The translations under genes were made by a program, and so were the position numbers. From an uncultured Rhizobiaceae bacterium (GTDB taxonomy: Bacteria; Pseudomonadota; Alphaproteobacteria; UBA7879; VGCX01): a stretch of 64,000 bases of DNA. The number at the start of each line of letters is the position of its first letter. Within the stretch, counting starts at the first letter, position 1. Below the pieces are notes generated by a model. It saw only the letters and a program-made list of their open reading frames with translations, ran no database searches and was not told the DNA's origin. The stretch is taken from the NCBI GenBank assembly GCA_964350815.1, contig CAYGKW010000001.1, positions 3,980 to 67,979 on the forward strand, in the 5' to 3' direction. Shown piece by piece: positions 10,807 to 23,404 of this stretch.

Positions 10807-11856
10807 ATGTTTAAAAAAAGATTTTTCATAGTAAAAGGTATTTTGATTTTAGTCATTTTTTGGTTTATTTTATCTTATAATTTAAATCGTCCAAGGGTGA
10901 TGGTTATACACAGTTATTCTTCAACTTTATCTTCTGTTAGGGCTTTCAGCCGGGGCTTTGATGAGGCCTTAAAACATGACAAAAATCCATCCACATTAAC
11001 GTACTATATGAACACTTTAAATCGTCAAAAAGAACGCAACAAAGTAGGTTCTGGTGTATCTGCTGTCGGTATTATTGAGGATTTCAAACCACAAGTTATC
11101 GTTGCCGTCGGCGAAGAGGCCCAAGAATATGTGACCAAGAAATATATTGACCATCCAGAAATTAAAATCGTTTATGCAAAGATAAAAAACCCAGGTTTAT
11201 ATGGTTACGAAACAGCAAAAAATATTACTGGCGTTCGTGAACAATTCCCCCTAAAAGAAGTTAAAAATGTTTTGTTGGACCTTACCCCCAAAAAACGTCT
11301 AAAGCTTGCTTCTATTGGTGATCAAACAACCTTAATGTCAGCAGACGACAATTTTATTATTGAACATTCTTGGGATCCCCATGTGATTACAGATTCCCTT
11401 ATGGTTAAAAATTTTGATGAATGGAAAAAAGCGATTCGTAAGTTAAATAAAATGAAAGAAGTTGATTTTATTTTAGTATCTAACTACAGAAATATAAAAG
11501 AATCTTCAGACAGTCAAAAAGTCTTATATCATAAAGATGTCATAGCCTGGACCATTGAAAATTCGGAAATCCCTGTTGTTGGCCTTTATGAAACAAATTC
11601 CAAGGATGGGGTACCCATTTCAATTTCAACTTCTTCTTATACCGAAGGGCAATCAACTGCAAAATTGGTTCTTGAAATTATCCAAGAAAGTTCTGTAAAA
11701 ACCAAGCAATTAGAAACCCAGCATTTTTTAGTTAGTTTAAACACAAAATATTCAATGTATGACGATTTAAAAGTCCCCGAAATATATAAATCTTTTGCAA
11801 TAGCATCAGGGTTATATTACGAAAGCAGTATGCGAAATGGTAAATATAAAATATAA
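10807..11856 (+). CDS. ABC-type substrate-binding / periplasmic sensor-like protein
   Basis: N-terminal TM then VMVIHSYS...GFDEAL, VIVAVGEEA; resembles ABC_sub_bind family. Confidence 0.65.
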   Translation: MFKKRFFIVKGILILVIFWFILSYNLNRPRVMVIHSYSSTLSSVRAFSRGFDEALKHDKNPSTLTYYMNTLNRQKERNKVGSGVSAVGIIEDFKPQVIVAVGEEAQEYVTKKYIDHPEIKIVYAKIKNPGLYGYETAKNITGVREQFPLKEVKNVLLDLTPKKRLKLASIGDQTTLMSADDNFIIEHSWDPHVITDSLMVKNFDEWKKAIRKLNKMKEVDFILVSNYRNIKESSDSQKVLYHKDVIAWTIENSEIPVVGLYETNSKDGVPISISTSSYTEGQSTAKLVLEIIQESSVKTKQLETQHFLVSLNTKYSMYDDLKVPEIYKSFAIASGLYYESSMRNGKYKI

Positions 11857-12871
11857 ATTAATACTTTTATTTCTAACCTTTTTTACTTCCTTTGAAGCAT
11901 CAGCAAAAAGGCTGCAGATTAGGTCTGTTGGATCAACAACAGTCTATCCATTTTCAGTAAAAGTATCTGAAGCCTTTGCAAAAAAATATAAGACTTTGGA
12001 ACCTCTTGTTACCAGTACAGGAACAGGCCAAGGCATAGACCAGTTTTGCAGCACAAGCCAAAATGAATTCTCCCCTGACTTTACGGGTGCTTCAAGAAAA
12101 ATTAAAGATAACGAAATTCAGATGTGTAAAAACAATAAAGTTGGACCAATTATAGAATTGCCTATTGGATATGATGGGATTATCTTGGCCCTTAAAAAAG
12201 GCACGAAATTCACCAATATCAGTCTTGAAGAACTTTTTCTAGCCACCTCGAAAATAATACCAAACAAACATGGCAAACTAATTAAAAATCCCTATAAAAA
12301 ATGGCGCGATATTAACCCAAGATTACCCAATATAAAAATACAAATTTTATTGCCACAAGTTCAAAACGGTACCTATGGATCCTTTATGGAACTGGCAATG
12401 GATGAAGGCTGCAAAGGCAACAGTTATATGAAAAAATTATTAGACACCAGTGGAAAATCTTATAAAGAGTTGTGCCAAACATATCGCAATGATGGGGATT
12501 ATGTGACTATTGCCACAAAATATGACCTTGGCGATTCACATGATTTATTCATCCAAAAAATATATGACAACCCAGGAATGCTTGGCGTCATGGGATACAG
12601 TTTTCTTAAACAATTTAAAGAAAAAATTGATGCGATTTCTGTTGGAAATGTATCTGCACATTTTGATAAAATTTCATCTTTAGAATACCCCTTATCAAGA
12701 CTTTTATATATCTATGTTCGCAAAGACAGATTGAATAAAGTAGAAGGCCTGAAAGATTTCATAGATTTCTATCAGTCTGATGAAATGTCAGGTGATAAAG
12801 GATTGTTAGTGAACTTGGGCCTTATCCCATTTAATTTTGAGACAAGGCCCCCTATTCAGACTATTTCTTAA
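11837..12871 (+). CDS. pstS: PstS-family phosphate-binding protein
   Basis: IRSVGSTTVYPF, STGTGQGIDQFC, ASRKIK..E, IGYDGI, YPLSRLLYIYV. Confidence 0.8.
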   Translation: MVNIKYKLILLFLTFFTSFEASAKRLQIRSVGSTTVYPFSVKVSEAFAKKYKTLEPLVTSTGTGQGIDQFCSTSQNEFSPDFTGASRKIKDNEIQMCKNNKVGPIIELPIGYDGIILALKKGTKFTNISLEELFLATSKIIPNKHGKLIKNPYKKWRDINPRLPNIKIQILLPQVQNGTYGSFMELAMDEGCKGNSYMKKLLDTSGKSYKELCQTYRNDGDYVTIATKYDLGDSHDLFIQKIYDNPGMLGVMGYSFLKQFKEKIDAISVGNVSAHFDKISSLEYPLSRLLYIYVRKDRLNKVEGLKDFIDFYQSDEMSGDKGLLVNLGLIPFNFETRPPIQTIS

Positions 12872-12951
12872 ATAAAAAGCTGATTTAACTACTGTCTATT
12901 TTACTTTACTTCCATTCTGAATGGTGGGAAACTATTAAAAAAGAGGATCAT

Positions 12952-13608
12952 ATGAGGCTTTTAATTGTTTTTCTAACGTGCATTACCCTTTCAAATTCTG
13001 CCCCTGCTTTAAAGCAGAGATATTCTGATAATAGCACCGTTAATAATCATCTTATATGGCCAACTATGGGATCTATGGCCAAGGAAAAATTGCGATTTGC
13101 AGTTGACCAAGGCGCAACCAGCCAGGTCATCAGCACGGATGAAATGCAAACCATCATTGATATTACTGGCAAATATTATGTTCGTATGACAATGAATGGG
13201 GTTTCCAGGGCAAAAATATTGCATGCCAATGTAAAAAACTGGATGGATGTAATTGGTAAACTAAAAAATCACACACACACCTTCAAAAAAAGCGATGCTT
13301 ATTTTGATGAAAAAAAGAAAGCCTTTGCCTTATATGCCCAACAATTAAAAGACCTTTCTAAATATCTTAAAAAAGCCAAGTACAATGCTGAATTTGTTTC
13401 AGACTTTTTATATAAACTTTACGATCTTAATCGTTTAACCTTTGAACAGGTTGGTGAATTCATCCAAGACCTGAAAAAGAATTACAGCCCTAAATCAAAT
13501 GAAACTGATCTGGATGAAATTTTGGATCAGTTTATTGAAAAAGCACAATCTGCAAGGGCAGACGAAGATGAAATCGATGATGATATATCGATTCCTGGAC
13601 TTTATTAA
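12952..13608 (+). CDS. hypothetical secreted protein
   Basis: 218-aa ORF, GAGGA RBS, signal peptide MRLLIVFLTCITLSNSAPA. Confidence 0.7.
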   Translation: MRLLIVFLTCITLSNSAPALKQRYSDNSTVNNHLIWPTMGSMAKEKLRFAVDQGATSQVISTDEMQTIIDITGKYYVRMTMNGVSRAKILHANVKNWMDVIGKLKNHTHTFKKSDAYFDEKKKAFALYAQQLKDLSKYLKKAKYNAEFVSDFLYKLYDLNRLTFEQVGEFIQDLKKNYSPKSNETDLDEILDQFIEKAQSARADEDEIDDDISIPGLY

Positions 13609-13631
13609 AAGTTCTGTTATACAACTTAAGT

Positions 13632-14150
13632 ATGCGATATTACATCATAGGAACATCTGGCACGGGGAAAAGCACCCTTGCCAAGAACATCAGCCAGCAA
13701 CAAAACATTCCCCACATTGAACTGGATTTTTATCGCTTTAAAGACAACTGGGCAAAGCGACCTGACCAAGAACTGTATACTATCATAACGCAAAAAACGT
13801 CGCGTAACGATTGGGTTGTGTGTGGCAACGAATCTGGCGAACTAAGGGATCACCTTATGAATAAAGCCACACATATTATTTGGCTGGATTATCCCTTTTA
13901 TCTTATATTTTATCGTGTTTTTATTCGAACCTTTCGACGTATACTTCTTAAAGAAAAATCTTGTGGAGGCAATCAAGAAACTTTTTATATGCAGTTTTTT
14001 ACAAAATATTCAATTTTTCTGTGGGTTTTAAAAACTTATCATAAACGTAAAAGACGTTATACCCCAATGTTATCTTGCCCCAAATTTAAAAAGAAAATGG
14101 TACATCTAAAAACCCCTAAAGATGCGAAAATATTTTTAAAAAACCTATAG
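13632..14150 (+). CDS. adenylate-kinase-like P-loop protein (topology modulation protein/FlaR-like)
   Basis: IIGTSGTGKSTLA Walker A, HIELD, IIWLDYP. Confidence 0.8.
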   Translation: MRYYIIGTSGTGKSTLAKNISQQQNIPHIELDFYRFKDNWAKRPDQELYTIITQKTSRNDWVVCGNESGELRDHLMNKATHIIWLDYPFYLIFYRVFIRTFRRILLKEKSCGGNQETFYMQFFTKYSIFLWVLKTYHKRKRRYTPMLSCPKFKKKMVHLKTPKDAKIFLKNL

Positions 14151-14221
14151 AACTGTAAAATATCTTTACATCCCTAAAATTCCTGACATAATAATATGTA
14201 TACATATTATATTGAGGTTAC

Positions 14222-14635
14222 ATGGAAAAAAATACAGGATATATTCTTTGGCGCGTGGCCAATTGTTGGAATCGAAAGATTGAAAAGGGCTTAAGCCCCC
14301 TTAACATAAGCCAAGTTCAATTTATTTTAATGGCAGGCCTTGATCGTTTTACGCAAAATAAATGTTATGTTCGCCAACAAGACCTATCAAAGTACTGTCA
14401 TACAGATATAAATGTCACTTCCCAAGCCCTACGAAAACTTGAATCCAAAGGGATGGTTGAACGTGTTTATCGCAAAGGCAACAATAAATCCAGATATCCC
14501 GTCTTAACAGATTTAGGCAAAGCCACACTGGTAAAAGCCCATGAAATATCCAAAATTGCTCATACAGAATTTTTTAAAGAGGATGGTAATCAATTAAACC
14601 AAAAATTGGCAAGTATTCTCCGTCCGATAGATTGA
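14222..14635 (+). CDS. MarR family transcriptional regulator
   Basis: LNISQVQFILM, TSQALRKLESKGMVER...RYPVLTDLG winged helix. Confidence 0.85.
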   Translation: MEKNTGYILWRVANCWNRKIEKGLSPLNISQVQFILMAGLDRFTQNKCYVRQQDLSKYCHTDINVTSQALRKLESKGMVERVYRKGNNKSRYPVLTDLGKATLVKAHEISKIAHTEFFKEDGNQLNQKLASILRPID

Positions 14636-14660
14636 TTCTTTTCTAAGCAAGTGCTATCTT
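14632..14660 (+). promoter_or_regulatory. putative sigma70 promoter giving a leaderless mRNA for the carrier gene
   Basis: TTGATT (14632-14637), 17-nt spacer, TGc-TATCTT (14652-14660), 6 nt, then ATG 14667; no Shine-Dalgarno. Confidence 0.5.
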
Positions 14661-14666
14661 GCCTGC

Positions 14667-15575
14667 ATGAGAATGTATCGAATACTTACACTGTTCATAA
14701 TGTTTTTGGGTATCCCGGTCCAAGGAAATGCGTCTAAAAACTTCACGTGGGAAAATTATGCAAAAGTCAGTACTTATGGTGCGATCCGTGGGGCCGTTGC
14801 CCTGCCCTTTGAACATCCTTTGGATTGTTTAAAAACGAATATGCAGGCCTTACCTGGCAATCACAGTGCCTTGGCAGTTACCAAAAACATCTATCGCACC
14901 AAAGGATTTTTAGGTTTTTACCGTGGATATATTCCCAACACAGTTCGTGTGGTTATTAAACAGATCTATCGCTGGCCCATGATGTTATTTATTCCTTTGG
15001 GGCTGGAATCTTTGGAAATTTTTAAACGGTCTGAAATGAATAAATTGGTATCAGCCATTATTATTGCCAATTTTGAATGCTTTATTATCACCCCCCTTGA
15101 ACGCATCAAAGTTTGGTTAATGACACACCTGAAAAATAAAGGGGGGTTGGTTTATTTTCTAACAAAGAATAAAAAAGGTTTGGGAGGCCAGTTAATGGCA
15201 GGACTCCGGCCTGTATATGCCAAGCAAATGGTGTCCTGGATTACATTTTTGGTGGCTGACGATTTTTTCAGAGGCAGCGCCCGTAAATATTTCAACGCTG
15301 ATGGGCCCCTCGATTTTTGGATTTTATTTATCATCAGTATTTTTGTAGGGATTATTAACACATTGTGTATCATGCCCTTTGACTGCGTTAAGACACACCA
15401 TCAGAAAAACACAACCACTGGCCGGGTGCGTCTTTTTAAAACAATGCGTGAATTATATCACCAACATGGCTGGGCAGGGTTATACAATGGCTGGAAAGTG
15501 CGCATCTTTCACTTTATTGTTCATGCCAGTTTTACCGTCACCATTCTGGAAAGATTGGAAGTGGCATTGCGATGA
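14667..15575 (+). CDS. mitochondrial carrier family (SLC25) protein with N-terminal signal-like peptide
   Basis: Three ~100-aa repeats with Px[DE]xx[KR]: PLDCLKT, PLERIKV, PFDCVKT; second half-motifs KGFLGFYRG, GGQLMAGL, HGWAGLYNG; 302 aa. Confidence 0.92.
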   Translation: MRMYRILTLFIMFLGIPVQGNASKNFTWENYAKVSTYGAIRGAVALPFEHPLDCLKTNMQALPGNHSALAVTKNIYRTKGFLGFYRGYIPNTVRVVIKQIYRWPMMLFIPLGLESLEIFKRSEMNKLVSAIIIANFECFIITPLERIKVWLMTHLKNKGGLVYFLTKNKKGLGGQLMAGLRPVYAKQMVSWITFLVADDFFRGSARKYFNADGPLDFWILFIISIFVGIINTLCIMPFDCVKTHHQKNTTTGRVRLFKTMRELYHQHGWAGLYNGWKVRIFHFIVHASFTVTILERLEVALR

Positions 15576-15669
15576 AATCCTGGCAGAAATATTAATGGTG
15601 TCAAAAGGCACCAACAACGACACCTACAAACCGTAGATTAAAAGCGCAATAACGCTGTGCCAGCGTTAA

Positions 15670-16572
15670 CTATTTTTTTCCTAGCGGGTGATGATTCATA
15701 ACCAAGTCCTGCAGTTTATCTTGCAATACATGGGTGTAAATTTGGGTGGTTGATATGTCAGAATGCCCCAACATTTTCTGGACAGAAATTAAATCTGCCC
15801 CATGGCTTAATAGGTGTGTTGCAAAAGCATGGCGCACAACATGCGGGGATATTTTACTGGGATCCAATCCAGCATCAATTGCCAATTGTTTTAACAACTG
15901 ACCAAATCGTTGACGTGTCAGATGGCCTTCGGCACTGCTGGATGGAAACAACCATTTACTGGATTTTTGTGCTGCCAAGAAATGGGGTCGGATCCCGATA
16001 TATTTTTTCAAAGCATTCCGGGCATGCTTACCAAGCGGGACAATGCGTTCCTTTGCCCCCTTTCCTTTGACAATAAGTGTATCTGTTTCATAAGAAAAAG
16101 CTTCGTGTGTCAAAGTCATTAATTCGGAAACACGCAAACCAGTCGCATAAAGTGTTTCAAGCAATGCTGTAAGACGATATCCTTCAGGCGAATCATTTTC
16201 TGCAGCTGTTGATAACAACGCCCCAATATCTGTCTCAGTTAATATTTTTGGTAAGTTTTTTGCCTGACGTGGCGTGGAAATTTTGGTTGTTGGATCTTGT
16301 GATATAATACCTTCTAAAACCAAAAATCGATAGAATTGTTTAATGGATGAAATATGGCGCGCAACAGAACGTGCCGACAAACCATCTGCATGTAAAGAAG
16401 ATAAATAGGCCTTTAAATCATCTGTTGATACGTTAATTAAAGTGTCTGATTTTAAGTATTGTGAAAGGGCAAGTAAATCCCTTCGATAAGATTCCAAAGT
16501 ATTCTTTGCAACCCCCCTTTCAACAATTAACATTTCAAAAAAAAGATCAAGTTTTGCAACAGAATTTGTCAC
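15670..16572 (-). CDS. xerD: tyrosine recombinase XerD
   Basis: YATGLRVSEL, GKGAKERIVP, SPHVVRHAFATHLL, LGHSDISTTQIYTH. Confidence 0.93.
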   Translation of the reverse strand: MTNSVAKLDLFFEMLIVERGVAKNTLESYRRDLLALSQYLKSDTLINVSTDDLKAYLSSLHADGLSARSVARHISSIKQFYRFLVLEGIISQDPTTKISTPRQAKNLPKILTETDIGALLSTAAENDSPEGYRLTALLETLYATGLRVSELMTLTHEAFSYETDTLIVKGKGAKERIVPLGKHARNALKKYIGIRPHFLAAQKSSKWLFPSSSAEGHLTRQRFGQLLKQLAIDAGLDPSKISPHVVRHAFATHLLSHGADLISVQKMLGHSDISTTQIYTHVLQDKLQDLVMNHHPLGKK

Positions 16573-16574
16573 CC

Positions 16575-18158
16575 TTAATCACCCTTTATTGTAGGGTATG
16601 CATGAAAAATCAATAACTGCCTGGACTGGTCAGATAAACCAATGGCATCCAGGGCACGAACAAATACACCTGTTTGCCAAACATCTGTTTCTGCAATCGA
16701 ACTGGCTGCCTTTAAAATAATACAAAGGGATTTACCAAATCCATAGCGCCCAGTAACAACATCAACTAAACGACCATCTTGCAATTTCAAAGAGTGTGCC
16801 GAATGGTCTGGAAACGTATTTAATTTAGGGCTATACAAAAATGTATGGGCCGGATCATATTTCAACTTCTGAATATGTTGGTTCAAAATTTCAGTAGTTT
16901 TATCTGATAGTTTACCCCCATCAAAACTTGTCAGAATTAATAAAGCCAATTCAGTAATTTCTTTTTCATCCAAGCATTCCATCCATGCTTGAACATAACT
17001 GGGATTTTCTAACATTATATTATGTAAAAGAAATGCATAGGCATATTCCTTATCATAATTCGCTGCGGGCAGATTATATTCAGGGCCAAAACATGCGGTG
17101 GCAACAGATAGGATCTTGTTTTTATAAGCATTCAGATAATAGGCATAAAATGCGTCTTTTTGTAAATCTTCATTTTCTGATTCTTTAAATAATTTATATA
17201 AAATGGCCCTGGATAGCGGATCATTTTCATCGCCTATTTCTTTGATTTTTATTTTCTTGGCAAATTCTTCCAAGCGGTCTTCAGGGGCAAGTTTAAGATA
17301 TTTTCCTTTTAATAATTCTTTTTTTGACGGGTCCTGTTCCACATAATATTCAAGAATTGATAACTGCATACGATCAGAGAAATCATCAAAACCAGGATCA
17401 TTCATCATTAATTCAACCATGCCAGGGGATAATGATTCAACTTGAACATTTTCAGGCACACTTTTTTTTGATAGAAGAAGTTTCATGATAAGGGGTTTTT
17501 CAATACCCGCCCCGATGCCAACCGTTTTATTTTCAAAAATTTTCTTAATCGCTTGGATAAAAGGTTTGTTTTGTTTTTCATCTTCTTTTTCAAGCAAAGC
17601 CAAACTGAATTTTGATTCATTTTCTTTGCCCATTAAAATTTGCAAAACAATCACAGCATATTGCCATTTATTATGCAGATCTTTTATGGCATTTTCTTGG
17701 GCAATTTTAAAAGCTTTTTCATAATTATTATGAATCATAAAACGAATCAATCGACACCATGCCCACGCATCTTCATTTAATTGTTCAGGATGTTTTTTTC
17801 CTAAATTATAGGCGGCTTCGAATGCCTCCATCTCCATCAATTTTCCAAACCTAAGGTTTAAAATATTGTCTTTGCTATCAGCCCCCTCTTCCGGGATTTT
17901 CATTGGGGATGTTAATAACGCAATTTGCAAATAAGCCCAGAATGGATTTTGAAAATGGGATGGCAGTGTTTTGATTAACTGCGCAACTTGTTGATGTGAA
18001 AGGCCCTTCCACAAATCTATGGGAATGGTTATTTGAACTTGGCCATTTACCCCACTTGTTTCTGGGTTGATACCCCCAATATCTTCTTTTTCAATGACTG
18101 CTTTTGCATCAAAAGAAAGGATTATAAATGTAAAAATTATTAAAAATATTTTCTTCAT
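16575..18158 (-). CDS. hypothetical exported alpha-helical protein
   Basis: 527-aa ORF, signal peptide MKKIFLIIFTFIILSFDAKA, closely packed between HIT and xerD. Confidence 0.75.
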   Translation of the reverse strand: MKKIFLIIFTFIILSFDAKAVIEKEDIGGINPETSGVNGQVQITIPIDLWKGLSHQQVAQLIKTLPSHFQNPFWAYLQIALLTSPMKIPEEGADSKDNILNLRFGKLMEMEAFEAAYNLGKKHPEQLNEDAWAWCRLIRFMIHNNYEKAFKIAQENAIKDLHNKWQYAVIVLQILMGKENESKFSLALLEKEDEKQNKPFIQAIKKIFENKTVGIGAGIEKPLIMKLLLSKKSVPENVQVESLSPGMVELMMNDPGFDDFSDRMQLSILEYYVEQDPSKKELLKGKYLKLAPEDRLEEFAKKIKIKEIGDENDPLSRAILYKLFKESENEDLQKDAFYAYYLNAYKNKILSVATACFGPEYNLPAANYDKEYAYAFLLHNIMLENPSYVQAWMECLDEKEITELALLILTSFDGGKLSDKTTEILNQHIQKLKYDPAHTFLYSPKLNTFPDHSAHSLKLQDGRLVDVVTGRYGFGKSLCIILKAASSIAETDVWQTGVFVRALDAIGLSDQSRQLLIFHAYPTIKGD

Positions 18159-18511
18159 TTCACCACCATTGGTCCCAGTTTTTCACCTGCCAAAATATGC
18201 ACATGATAATGGGGCACTTCCTGCCCACCATGCACACCAGAATTTGAAATAAGACGAAATCCTTTGGCAAGGTTCAGTTGTTTGATAATTTTTGATATGG
18301 CCGTATGAAAGCCCATTTTCAAAGTCACATCTGCCTGGTCAATGAAATTTTCATAGTCCATAAATGGACCTTTTGGAATAACAAGGACATGTATTTTTGC
18401 CTTGGGTTCAATATCATAAAAGGCTAAGGCAAAGTCATCGTCATATACTTTCTTGCACGGGATTTCATCCCGTAAAATTTTTGCAAAAATATTATTTTGA
18501 TCATACGTCAT
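18155..18511 (-). CDS. HIT family nucleotide-binding protein (HinT-like)
   Basis: NIFAKILRDEIPC; QEVPHYHVHIL histidine triad. Confidence 0.93.
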   Translation of the reverse strand: MTYDQNNIFAKILRDEIPCKKVYDDDFALAFYDIEPKAKIHVLVIPKGPFMDYENFIDQADVTLKMGFHTAISKIIKQLNLAKGFRLISNSGVHGGQEVPHYHVHILAGEKLGPMVVK

Positions 18512-18519
18512 AATTTACT

Positions 18520-18930
18520 TTATTTCTTAAAATGCTGGCGCGCAACTTCTAACATCTTTTCCGTGGCCTTTATTTTCGCTTCAATAATACGTTCTTCAAC
18601 TTCGATATCCATCCCCCCTAAATCATTATGATATCTCTTGATATTTTCTTCTAAAACTTTGGGGTCAAATTCATCTAACTCGTGAAATTCTTCAACAGTA
18701 ATAATACATTTTTCTGGTTTAATATTTGCAACACCATTATGAATTAAGTACCGTTTGGCAATATCTTCACTTTTATAAATCTTAACAACCCCGGGTTGTA
18801 AGTCAACTAAGCATGATGCATGTTTAGGAAGAACACCAACAAAACCCTCACGCCCAGGCAAAACAATCATTGATAAATCTGAATAATCAATTGTCAAAGC
18901 AGGCGATGAAATTTGCAATGCAATCTTCAT
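18520..18930 (-). CDS. atpC: ATP synthase F1 epsilon subunit
   Basis: PGREGFVGVLPKHA; last gene of the F1 operon. Confidence 0.9.
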   Translation of the reverse strand: MKIALQISSPALTIDYSDLSMIVLPGREGFVGVLPKHASCLVDLQPGVVKIYKSEDIAKRYLIHNGVANIKPEKCIITVEEFHELDEFDPKVLEENIKRYHNDLGGMDIEVEERIIEAKIKATEKMLEVARQHFKK

Positions 18931-18935
18931 GAAAT

Positions 18936-21258
<2,323 letters not shown>

Positions 21259-21260
21259 TC

Positions 21261-22802
21261 TTAATCTGATTTATATTGCTTTTTAAAAGCTTCTATGAAT
21301 TTTTTAACTTTATCTTCTAGGGCTTCGGTCAGGTTCTTTTCTTTAGCAATTTCTTTCATAAGACTTGCCTGATTCTTGTTCAAATCATGGATCAAGGCTG
21401 TTTCAAAATTTCGAATTTCATCAACCTTGAAATCATCCAGATATCCTTTTACCCCGGCATAGATAGACACAACCTGTTCTTCTGTTCTTAACGGGGAATA
21501 CTGTGGTTGCTTTAAAAGTTCAGTTAATCTTTCCCCACGGGCCAAAAGTTTTTGGGTTGATTCATCCAAATCTGAACCAAATTGCGCAAATGCTGCCATT
21601 TCGCGATATTGTGCCAATTCCAATTTAATGGTTCCAGCAACTTGCTTCATGGCTTTTGTTTGGGCTGCAGATCCCACACGACTGACAGAAAGACCAACAT
21701 TTACAGCTGGGCGAATTCCTTTATAAAACAAATCCGTTTCTAAGAAAATTTGCCCATCTGTGATGGAAATAACGTTTGTGGGAATATACGCAGAAACATC
21801 CCCAGCTTGGGTTTCAACAATTGGTAATGCAGTCAAAGAACCACCACCATGGTCATCATTCAATTTGGCCGCACGTTCCAGTAAACGGGAATGCAGATAA
21901 AAAACATCACCTGGATACGCCTCGCGTCCTGGGGGGCGACGTAACAATAAAGACATCTGTCGGTAGGCAACTGCTTGCTTTGAAAGATCATCATACGTAA
22001 TAAGGGCATGCATCCCATTATCGCGAAAATATTCCCCCATCGCGCACCCTGTATAAGGCGCCAAGAATTGTAATGGGGCTGGGTCAGATGCGGTGGCTGC
22101 CACAACAATGGAATATTCCATGGCCCCTGCCTCTTCCAAAGTTTTGACAATTTGGGCCACGGTTGATCTTTTTTGTCCGATGGCAACATAAATACAAAAT
22201 AACTTATCTTTATCACCGCCCTTATCATTCACAGATTTTTGATTCAAAATTGTATCAATGGCAATGGCTGTTTTTCCTGTCTGGCGATCCCCAATAATTA
22301 ATTCACGTTGACCGCGTCCAATTGGAATCAGTGCATCAATTGCCTTAATGCCTGTTGACATGGGTTCACTGACAGATTTACGTGCAATAATACCAGGCGC
22401 CATATCTTCAACTGGTTTGTATTCAACATTTTTCAAAGGCCCTTTGCCATCAATCGGATTTCCCAAAGCATCAATAACACGGCCAAGCAACCCTTTGCCA
22501 ACCGGGCATTGAATTACTTTTCCAGTCAAAGATACGGTGTCCCCTGCTTTTACAGATCGTGTATTTCCAAAAATAACAACACCAACTGAATCTTCATCCA
22601 AGTTTAAAGCCATCCCTGTGGTACCGCTTTGGAACTTGATCATTTCACCTGATTTAACTTTATCCAAACCATAAACATGGGCAATCCCATCCCCAACGGA
22701 TACAACTTTTCCCGTTTCATCCAGTTTTGTTTTTTGATCAAAACCTTCGATATGCTCTTTTAAAATTGAAATAACTTCAGTTGGTTTTATGTCTGTTTTC
22801 AT
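21261..22802 (-). CDS. atpA: ATP synthase F1 alpha subunit
   Basis: [22 protein letters not shown]. Confidence 0.99.
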   Translation of the reverse strand: MKTDIKPTEVISILKEHIEGFDQKTKLDETGKVVSVGDGIAHVYGLDKVKSGEMIKFQSGTTGMALNLDEDSVGVVIFGNTRSVKAGDTVSLTGKVIQCPVGKGLLGRVIDALGNPIDGKGPLKNVEYKPVEDMAPGIIARKSVSEPMSTGIKAIDALIPIGRGQRELIIGDRQTGKTAIAIDTILNQKSVNDKGGDKDKLFCIYVAIGQKRSTVAQIVKTLEEAGAMEYSIVVAATASDPAPLQFLAPYTGCAMGEYFRDNGMHALITYDDLSKQAVAYRQMSLLLRRPPGREAYPGDVFYLHSRLLERAAKLNDDHGGGSLTALPIVETQAGDVSAYIPTNVISITDGQIFLETDLFYKGIRPAVNVGLSVSRVGSAAQTKAMKQVAGTIKLELAQYREMAAFAQFGSDLDESTQKLLARGERLTELLKQPQYSPLRTEEQVVSIYAGVKGYLDDFKVDEIRNFETALIHDLNKNQASLMKEIAKEKNLTEALEDKVKKFIEAFKKQYKSD

Positions 22803-23347
22803 CTGATACTTCCGTGATTTGAAAATTGTTTTAAGTTTCCTTTTAACGATAAATCAATGCGTTTACCTGAAAATTCTAGAACAAAGCCTGCAAGCAAACT
22901 TTCTTGAATTTTTTTGTTAAAGAATATTTTTTTATTAAAGTGCGGTTCAAGTTTTTTGATCAAACTTTTTTCTTGGGCAGGGCTGAAATCTTGCGCACTG
23001 ATTAATGTTATTTCACATTCTCCAATTTGTTCTCTGTACAAATCACAGTATGTTTTTGCAACCAAGGGTAAAAGGGCCAGTTTTGAATATGACGATAAGG
23101 TTCTAAGCAACCCAACCATCAAGTCTTTTGCTCCCCCTTTTAAGTCAAATAAGTCAACCAAATTTTCTTGATCTTTTTTTGACAAAAGGGGGTTATCCAA
23201 TATTTTTTTTACATAAATATTTTCTAAAAACGCCAGCTGTTTTTTGAAGGCTTTATACAAAGTTTCAGCAAACTTTTTTTCAAAAGCCAGTTCCAATAAG
23301 GCCGAAGCATATGAATTTGCTATAAGCTGTAGTTTCGTTTTTGACAC
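22799..23347 (-). CDS. atpH: ATP synthase delta subunit
   Basis: [22 protein letters not shown]...IDLSLK; first in the F1 operon; GTG start assumed. Confidence 0.88.
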   Translation of the reverse strand: MSKTKLQLIANSYASALLELAFEKKFAETLYKAFKKQLAFLENIYVKKILDNPLLSKKDQENLVDLFDLKGGAKDLMVGLLRTLSSYSKLALLPLVAKTYCDLYREQIGECEITLISAQDFSPAQEKSLIKKLEPHFNKKIFFNKKIQESLLAGFVLEFSGKRIDLSLKGNLKQFSNHGSIR

Positions 23348-23404
23348 CAAACACCCCTTTCACGCAAATTTAACATATATTATCCTTCAAAAACAGTATC
23401 CCAC

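Noticed and set aside
13632-15575. Kinase-like gene, MarR and carrier as a dedicated nucleotide-parasitism operon
   Set aside because: The P-loop protein belongs to a widespread family, and the carrier seems to have its own promoter; adjacency alone is insufficient.
15670-16572. xerD (and xerC at 53028-53924) as integrases of a mobile element
   Set aside because: Sequences match chromosomal XerD/XerC, neighbours are housekeeping genes, and no att repeats or phage/plasmid genes are present.
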